A stretch of 64,000 nt of DNA from Chrysomallon squamiferum (lineage: Eukaryota > Animalia > Mollusca), in assembly GCA_012295275.1 (NCBI GenBank), contig CM022668.1, positions 13,764,001 to 13,828,000 on the forward strand, read 5' to 3'. Shown piece after piece: positions 27,061 to 64,000 of the stretch. The stretch's first letter is position 1. Every line of letters begins with the position of its first letter. The notes beneath the pieces are model-generated. The model was not told the DNA's origin and searched no databases. It was given only the letters and a program-made list of their open reading frames with translations. The translations under genes were made by a program, and so were the position numbers.

Positions 27061-27538
27061 TCAGTCGCATAAAACAATAAAATAAAATAACTTGAAAATA
27101 TAAATAATTTTTATTAGATCCTCTGTCTTCTGCCGCCACAAGTAAACATTAAATTGATACAGACTGATCAAAGTATATATTTGTTATTTATTTATGTACA
27201 CATACACACACACACACACAGACACACACACACACACACAGACACACGCACACACACCCACACTCTCATACAGACATAAGCATACATATACCTACTTCGA
27301 TATGGGTAGACCGAGTTAAATAAAATATTTGTTTCACGTGGTCGTATGAAAATAATATCAATATTTACCTCATAAATGGAGTAACTATTATTATTAAGAT
27401 CATCATCAACATTTTTGTTGCTATGACTGTTGTTGTAGTTTTTGTCATCCTCATCATCATAGCTATTTGTTATTATTGTCCTTGAGTTTTTATTATTTTA
27501 TTTATTTATTTATTTACTGTTTGTTTTACACTGCTAAC

Positions 27539-46118
<18,580 letters not shown>

Positions 46119-46619
46119 CTTATCAAGGGGCGTTTAGCGTTTTCTGGTTTCCTCGACAAACAGAAATATCTATTTGGAGAATCTGTGTTTGAAAAATCTT
46201 TCGTATCCAAGGTTCTAGCTAGGACCGCTCCTTGTCCTGCTATCTAGATTTCACTCGTCAGTATTTTTCATCCTTTAATCCGGATAGGTTGGTCGGGCGG
46301 AATAAAGACTGCTCTTTGAACTTGAAATAGAAAAAATAAACTGAGTAATAATAATAATAATACCAAATAAAGAATAACGACAACATAATAATAATTACAA
46401 AATTAACTATGTTATTGTCATCGAGAGAAAAAAAAAAAATAACAATCGTAATAACAACAACAACAATAAGAACAATAATAATAATAATAATAATAATAAT
46501 AATCCTATAATAATAATTATTATTATTGTTATTATTATGACAACAGTCATAAAAACAACAATAAAAACACGAACAAATACAGAAACAAAAACTATAACAA
46601 TAATACATAGACGTTAATG

Positions 46620-46664
<45 letters not shown>

Positions 46665-47707
46665 GTTTGGAACTCATTATTATCAGTCTATTTCTTCTAT
46701 TTCTTTTTTCTTCGTTATTATGAACATTATTATTTGTGTTATAAAGAGAGATAACTCCATTGTGACACATTTTTTTCAAAGAGTGAATATTTAACATGTG
46801 ATAGATAGCCCCTATTTAAGTCTCATTATTACTCATATTAGTTTGCACAGTAATACCTACGTAAACTGAAACCGTGGATGGACTATAATTAACAAGTCAC
46901 AATTATACTTGACACCGTCTTTGCCAGACAACACTCGAATGTTTTTAATGCAAGACGTTTTATCGCTCAGAATCTGATTTGCAAAATGATTTAAAGCAAC
47001 AACTACAACGATATAAATAGCAGCTACGACAACAACCACAGCATATTATTATTATTATTATTATCATCATTATTATTATTATTATTATTATAAATAAAAA
47101 AGGGAATAATAATTTAACCAAAATTATAATGATAAAGACAATGACAACATTACGTTGTGATTTTATAAAAATAACAATAAGTAAGTAAGTAAATAAGTAA
47201 ATAAATAAATAAATAACCAAACAACCAAAATACTTGTCAAAAAATTACCAGTTTTATGAAAGATTTTTTTATATTTATAAAAATAAAAAGTATTATATAG
47301 ACAATCGATGGAAACTTAGCAAAAATCTTCTTATTCTAATCCCTCACTCTCTAAGAACAACAATGGATTTTTTTTGTATATATATTTATATTTCAGGGTC
47401 TGTATAAACTTCAAACTTCACTTTCATAATTAATGAGCGGATCTTTGGTTAATGCTACTTTCTAAACAACTACAGTCAATAGAATTAGTCATGATATCAT
47501 TATGATGCGCAAATAAAAATGCACGTGTATAGTAATTCCATGAATGACAGTCGTGTTTCTAGGTGTTTGCGGCACTTGACGGTATTATACAGAACCGACT
47601 ATGACATAACTAAAAACTCAGGCTGATATATCAAAATATTACTAGAAAAAAGTGTCACCTTTATATATATATATAGTCTGATATATAGAATAAGCAAGAA
47701 AGTAAAT

Positions 47708-47776
<69 letters not shown>

Positions 47777-48307
47777 CATAATCAAACAAAAACATGACAA
47801 ATAGAATACGTACCTTTTAAAAAGTATAAATCCACTAATCTTTGAAGGAAAGTTCAAACAATTTGTGTTTTAATTACATAATTCTTAATTATTTTTTACC
47901 GGTAAAGTTAATTTTACAAAATGTCTGGTGATATTACGTTATCAGGTATGTAACATAATTATTTCAAGACAAAAAGATTTCATTAACCAGTCATCTTGTC
48001 AAAGCCTAAACAAAGGCGTGGCGGGAAACGATATAGCAATCGTCTGCTCTGCATTTACAACTAACGAATGTTTAATTCCAGTGCATCCATGTTTTATCAA
48101 AGATATGCAGGAATGCGATAAAAGAAAGTGATGGGTAAACTAAACTAAGAACCCATTTTTTTTTTTTTTTTTTTTTCCCTAAGATTTTTATCTTAAAGTT
48201 AATCTAGTAAAAATGCATATCACGGAGTCTACATCGAATTTTTTAATTATTTATTTATTTTAATTATTGTTATTCTTTTTTTTAGAATGTCGTGTGCGTT
48301 TTTATTC

Positions 48308-48387
<80 letters not shown>

Positions 48388-49562
48388 ATTCTAGGTAAAG
48401 TGGCTTTAAACAATTAAAAAAAAAAAAAAAAAAAAAAATCTGCCAAGAAAAACATACACATACAAAAGATGTGCGGATGTCGGATGTTTATCTGTTAATC
48501 GACACCAAATTCTGAACAACATCCGGGCGATTTGAAATTAATGAATATGTATAGACAGTATCACATCTATTTTGAACATTTTCGGCCTTTAAGATAAATA
48601 AACTAGTGTCAAACACATACATTAATTTAGATTGGGAAAACACACCTTACTTTTCGATGAAGGTACGCTTTCAAGATGGAGAACAGGTTTTTTTTGTATA
48701 CTGGAATTTATTGCCTAATGAATTTTCTTTCTTTCTTTCTTTTTCACTTCCTTTTTTTTTTTTATATATTTATTTTAATTTTTATTTTATTTATTTAGCT
48801 TAGGCTACTTATCTGTTAATGCAAAAGAAAGCTGAAAATTACTTGGTACTTAGACAAATCTAAATGACAGTTTTGGCAGCATTATGTAATTATCACTTCG
48901 CTCTAAAGAAAGAAAACAAAGCTCTTATCTTATAAGATATCTTTATTTGCACATTTCATTCATCTTGCGCTCATGAATACACAGAATCTTAGCACCAAGA
49001 GGTGATTGATTAATAAAGAATGATTTGCAGCGAAGGAAGTTACTCCGCAACAAGGGAGATTACTCTAAACGACAGTATTTAATTTTCCGAACTTTCCTCG
49101 TGAGAAAAGAAAAAGAAGAAAACAAAAATATATTGTTCAGATTTCATTTTCATATCAATGTTTTGACAAACACAGTAGAAGGAGATTAAAAATATGTATA
49201 TTTAAATATAATCAACAACATACCTTGTAAATATAATTAATTAGAAATTACCGTGGTATATAGTAGCAGTTAACTGCGCAAATGTTAAACCAATTTGACA
49301 TTTACTTATTTTCTTTATTTTTTTTACTTCAAGAAAACAAAACACACAGTTCTTTCTGCTCGACAATTTACAGACCTAACATGCGATCTATATTAAAACA
49401 AGCAATACATTACAATATAAAATAATATTATACAATAGTGGGGACACTATATATATATATACATACAATTCTCAAATGTTTACTGAACTATCAAAATTGC
49501 CTGAAAACTAGTTAACAATGAGCGTGAAATTTTTGTTTTATTTTATTATTAATATTTTATTT

Positions 49563-49603
<41 letters not shown>

Positions 49604-50985
49604 CATAGGTAGGCTGAAATGAGTTTAAAAACAAGTAAATTTGGTCATCTTATATAATAATTAAAAACAAAATTTTTAAATATATTTTAAACTATTTTTT
49701 TTTTTTTTTTTTTTTTTAGGCATAGCTGTAACCTGTATTTTATCACTGAATCATTCAGAATAAGAATCAAACAGTGAAATATTTTCATTGCAAACAAGAA
49801 AAGTTCATTACTTTTCACTGTTATCTTGAATCAGCTGTTTGACAAAATAACCAGTTCAGTATTTCAGCTATAATTATAGTGAAATAGTTACAATAATAAA
49901 CTGGTAACCTATAAATATAATTAAAAAAAAAAAAAAAAAAAATAATAATTCTCACATTAAAATAACTATTTTTCAGAAGATTGTTAAAAACTAGTTAAGC
50001 ACTTTATATTTATCATACTTCCCAAACTGCATCTAATGAATGTGTTAATTTATAAATATAAATTATATATAGAGTAAAAAAATAAAAAAAATAAAAAAAA
50101 AAATTGTCTCATTAAAATAACTAGTTTTCAAGCAAGTTGTAAAAAAAAAAGACAGTACATCTGTTATATACATATTTATTTATATAAAATACACTAACAT
50201 ATTACCAACAAAATGCACTGACATAACTAACAAGTAGAATTAGTGGAAGACAAAACAGCAGCTATAATATTATCAGCATATTAACATATTTTATTAATTA
50301 ACATAATAATTGAATAATTAATTAGTTAACATATTTCAATAACGATTAAATTATTTAAATATCATTATTGTCAATAACGCATTATAACTGTTATTAGCTA
50401 AATAACATGATAACTGTTAGTTAATTAACATATTTCAAAAATGACTAACAGCTAATTAATATGTTTTAATAATTAATCAATTAAAGCATTTTAAACAAGT
50501 AATTATGCATTGAAGCTGCCATTATGCCAAGCTTTATGAAACAAAAATCTAAAATTCTAAAAGCCATTACAACAATATTTCTGGCCAGTTTTGAATACAC
50601 ACTCAAGGAACCAGAAACAATACTTTTTTTGTTCTTTGCAGTTAAATTAGATTAATAAAAATAAACAAATTTGAAAACCTCAAAAAAAAAATTAATGAAC
50701 ACCTTTCCTTTGGCCATTTTTGCATTACGAATAAAAATTAATCTGAGACAAAAATTAAAAAAAAAGGTAATGAGATAATTTATTACAAGAGAAGTATAAT
50801 TTGACTTTTGGCTCAGTTTTTAATTATCACCATTTTCTCTTTGGCTGCTAAAGAGAATAATAATGAAAAAAAAAAAAAAAATTATAAAAACAATAATAAC
50901 AACAACAAACTATTATTTTCATTGTTTTCAGATTTACAGCAAAATGTTAATAATTACAGAAACAAATTTGATTTATTCTTGTCAC

Positions 50986-51022
<37 letters not shown>

Positions 51023-52043
51023 AGAAGAAAGAAGCAAATTATAATACATAATATATCACTAATATTAAATGGGTATTTTTTTTATTTCTCAAATTTCATT
51101 TAAAATACTACTTTATTTCCTTTAACATCAGTTTCTGTTAATTATTTTGTTTTCTAATTATGACACTGAACCAAAATAAAATTAGAATACAATTATTAGT
51201 GTATATTTTAATAATTAATTTAAAAAATAAGCACAAATTATCAAGCATACATTGCAGAAGAGCAGAAACAAAAATCACAACCGAAAATATAAATAAATAA
51301 TTAAACCTTGGATATTGACAGCATTGTTTCAAAATGATGATGATGATTGTTTTAGAGGTAAAAACAATGGATTATGAAAGTCTGATAATTTTAACTGGAA
51401 TTAAATAAATTATCAATCAAAATTGCATGAGATTAAAATCATATATATTTTAAAGTTAGTATTACTAAGACAAAAGCAACATTAAAAATAATTTAGTTTT
51501 CTTTTCTTTACTATTATCACAATCATTTGCTCAAAATAATTTAAAAATAATTATCCACCATAATTATGATTTGGTAATATGACAATCACAGAGCTCAAAA
51601 CAAAAGGTTTGATTTATACCTGTTATTTATTATTATTAATACCTAAGAAGTAATTTTTGGGGGTGGGGTTGCATGCTAGGACTGCTGTTTTTTTATAGTC
51701 ACATACAACATTTATAAAGCATTTTATTAACAATCCTAGAATCAAAACATTATTCGTGCAGCCATTTCTTGGACAAATACATCGTGGCAGCTGTTACTAA
51801 GCAACATAATCACATGACACACATACTAACCAATGGAATGTAAGATTCCAAATTAAACACAAACACAAGGAGGCAGTGGGAGGGTTCTGGAATGGCACGA
51901 ATTATATTTTATTATTTTTAAAATGAAACAGTAATTATTTTTAAATAAGATAACAAAAATTTAATTATTTGTTAGTCATTAAATCATTTGATTTTTTTAA
52001 CTCTTAAACAGACTGACATAAAGATAATGTATTTAAATAATGA

Positions 52044-52089
<46 letters not shown>

Positions 52090-52509
52090 GTTATTATTAT
52101 TGTTGTTAAATAATTTTAAAACACATTTTTTTCCTCTCTGAGCCCTTTTCTTCAATCTTCCATTTCATTAGTAATTAATTATTGTAACAATAAATCTTTG
52201 ATTTTAAAAATGTGGAAAAAGTTTCAGAAAAAAAAAAAAATGTTTTGACAGAGAACAGTTAAATATTTTATCAGGATAATTAGTAGATATTACAGGTATG
52301 TTTGAAAGATAGCTTTTGTTTCATATATTTTCTAAGGTTATACACTTAAAGATATTGTTTAGTAATAACACAGAAAATTCAAATTAAAACATGACTATTA
52401 ACATTATGATTTGAATAAATTTACATACAAAAACAAAAAAGTTTAAAAAAATGATATGCAATTCATATTTGCCTTTCTCTGATTACAGAAATTTACTATG
52501 TACACGCAT

Positions 52510-52574
<65 letters not shown>

Positions 52575-52821
52575 ATTATATACATACATGTACATAAAAA
52601 GCAACAATTATTAGCTTCAGTAATAATTACATCATTCTTATAAAAAGATTTTAGCAAAAGAAGTTTATAAATTACCATCTCAAAGTTGAAAAAGATCAAT
52701 ATATCAAAATATTTCATATACAAACAAAAAAAAATTGATAGGAGTGAGAAAAAATACAGTGCTATTTTATATGTAGGAAAAATGAAAATTCACTTTAAAA
52801 AAAACAAGTCTTACTGAATAT

Positions 52822-52853
<32 letters not shown>

Positions 52854-53021
52854 TAAAAGGAATTTTGAAAATTTTTTTCTAAATAAATGATTAATTTAAA
52901 AATATAAAACCTATATTATATTTTTATAATAATAATTTTAATAAAGAGACAATTAAAAAGTATAATTACCTGTCTTTAACAGACAAATCAATTTACTTCC
53001 TATAATAAATCTGTGATAAAA

Positions 53022-53074
<53 letters not shown>

Positions 53075-53165
53075 TTATTATTCAAGGTTATTAGAATTAG
53101 CATTAGATGAAATTTTAAAATATTATTTATTTATTTATTTATTTATTAGATTAGGAAACATTGAA

Positions 53166-53245
53166 ATAGTCATGTTCAAAATGGAAGACAGAATATAACA
53201 AGAAAATCAGGATTCAAATAAATACTGAAATAGGAATCAATATTT
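53166..53245 (+). repeat. ~80-bp dispersed repeat, second copy at 59340-59419
   Basis: atagtcatgttcaaaatggaaga...gaaaatcaggattcaaataaatactgaaa.aggaatcaatattt is present at both sites with few mismatches. Confidence 0.85.
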
Positions 53246-53643
53246 GACATTTTGCTCTTTCTTGGGTAAAAATCTGGCACTGATAAAGAGTTTGACCTCC
53301 ATCATTTTTTTTTTAAATACATTTTTTACAGATTATAACAAACTACAAACAAGCCCACACCAACTTTTAAAATGAAGAAAAATTAATCTTGTATAACAGG
53401 GCCAAAAAATAAAAATGAAATTTTTTTTTTTAAAAGTTAGAAAAAAATAATAATGTAAAATAAATCTCATAAAATGATAGTAAAGAAAAAATAAATTTTG
53501 TAATATGAATGGAAAAAAAATAATAATAATATATATATAATTGTAATAAACAAAAATGAATTAAAATAAAGAACAGATTTGTTATAAAGGAATAACATAC
53601 AAATTATTTAAATGAGTGTTTTTAATTTTATTTATTTTTCAAC

Positions 53644-53688
<45 letters not shown>

Positions 53689-54742
53689 TAAAAATACAGT
53701 AATTTTATTTTTTAAATAAAACAATCATCACAGTTCATTTAAAGCAACTGTCATCATCACTCCAGTTCTTATGCAACATTTGGATGAAACTGATACAACA
53801 TACATATTCATGAAGTATATATATCTATGGATATATTCATTATAATTATATACTGATTAAGAATCTGAAACATAAAAAGCTACAAATTATACACTTTTCT
53901 GGTTGCAAAATGTTTAAAAAAACCAACAAAAAAATTTAAAAAATTAAAAAAAAAGAGAGAGAAAAAGAAAAATATAAAGCAACTAGACAATCACAACCAT
54001 AGCATCACGACATCACAATTCTGATGTCTCAAAAAAAATCACAGAATCCTTCACGAATTCTCCCATCACATGTCTCTATCACATGGTTTCCTGAAGGTCA
54101 AAGGTCACACATGTGACCAATGAAAACATATCCAGTGTCTCCTGTATAGTGTACACTCAGTTACCATGACAACTGAAACTAAAGTTTGATGACTCATTTT
54201 CAACAAGAGTTTGCCCGAAAATGGCAGTCTCAAAATTCTGCTGTTTTTTTTTGTTTTGTTTTTTTATTCATACTGATATACACAAACTATTGTTCATATA
54301 TAACTGACTGTTGCCATACCAGTGTTTTTAATCACTCACAACAATGAAATAACAGTTTATATTATCATAAACATATCAAAATTAAAAACAAAAGTTTGTC
54401 GAACATCCTTGTAAATTATGACGGAAATTTTCATATTTTTTGTTTCATGGAATAATTTTCTTCTTTGACTGAATTTCCATATGAGAAAATGCACATCAGT
54501 GGTTGTGTTTTGGATAAAGAAAATTTGACCACAGAAAAACCAAAAGTATGTATATTTCATAATATATATATATATATATATATGAATATACCTAATTTAT
54601 TTTCCACAATCTGACGTTTAATATATCCTGAGAATGCATTAAAAAAAAAAATTCTGTTATTTTCTCTTTTCGTCTTCTTTGTTATTCCTTGTTTTGAAAC
54701 GTTTCAATAACGTTACGTGGAGGTACTGCCTTTAGTGAATTT

Positions 54743-63665
<8,923 letters not shown>

Positions 63666-64000
63666 CTGTAAAAGAAAAATGATCGTAACGTTTTAGACTG
63701 GTTGGTTAGTTTGGTTTCTCTGCCGTTTATTTTAGTTTAGTATTTTTCTTTTATTTGTTTGTTGGTTGGTTTGATTTTTATTTTTTTTGTTTGTTTCTAA
63801 GTGTTTATTTATTTATTTATTTATTAAAAGACTAAATAATAAAATAAAATATAAATTAGCTTTTTTAAGTTAACAACAACAAAAAATAAAAATAATATAA
63901 AAAGTATTTTTAATGTATAAGTGAAAAATAAAGAATGAAAGAAATAAAAACAATACAACTTCTTCTCTTTCTAAATAAATAAATATATAAATTTTAAATA

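Noticed and set aside
48400-54742. Hidden gene between LRP1 and CHS-B
   Set aside because: Very AT-rich with no coding-like exons. Most plausibly a long LRP1 3'UTR plus intergenic DNA, though the poly(A) site cannot be fixed from sequence.

Overview
AT-rich, microsatellite-dense animal genomic DNA, probably lophotrochozoan/molluscan (inference from gene content and repeat types). It holds three multi-exon minus-strand genes, which I assembled by hand from GT-AG boundaries and intron phase. (1) Chitin synthase 'CHS-A': CDS 15186->3915, 14 coding exons, ~1730 aa. (2) A tandem paralog 'CHS-B': CDS 46118->~27539, 15 coding exons, ~1850 aa, with a possible alternative first coding exon. (3) The 3' part of an LRP1/LRP1B-like receptor: 63665->54743, with YWTD propeller, EGF repeats, TM helix and two NPxY motifs. 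Neither CHS carries a myosin-motor or SAM domain in the exons found here. Repeats include a degenerate MULE transposase, an internally deleted Tigger/pogo element, a LINE 3' remnant, tRNA-head SINE fragments, minisatellites and a small inverted-repeat family bearing YY1/CRE motifs. Most notable observations: two independent tandem amplifications of 3' splice sites in CHS-B (one in-frame with poly-Val spacers, one forming CAG|GTAATG ratchet-like sites); NPxY and NxxF motifs retained in otherwise unalignable regions of both CHS paralogs; and four apparent +1 frameshifts across all three genes, most likely consensus errors. Most listed six-frame ORFs are microsatellite artefacts.
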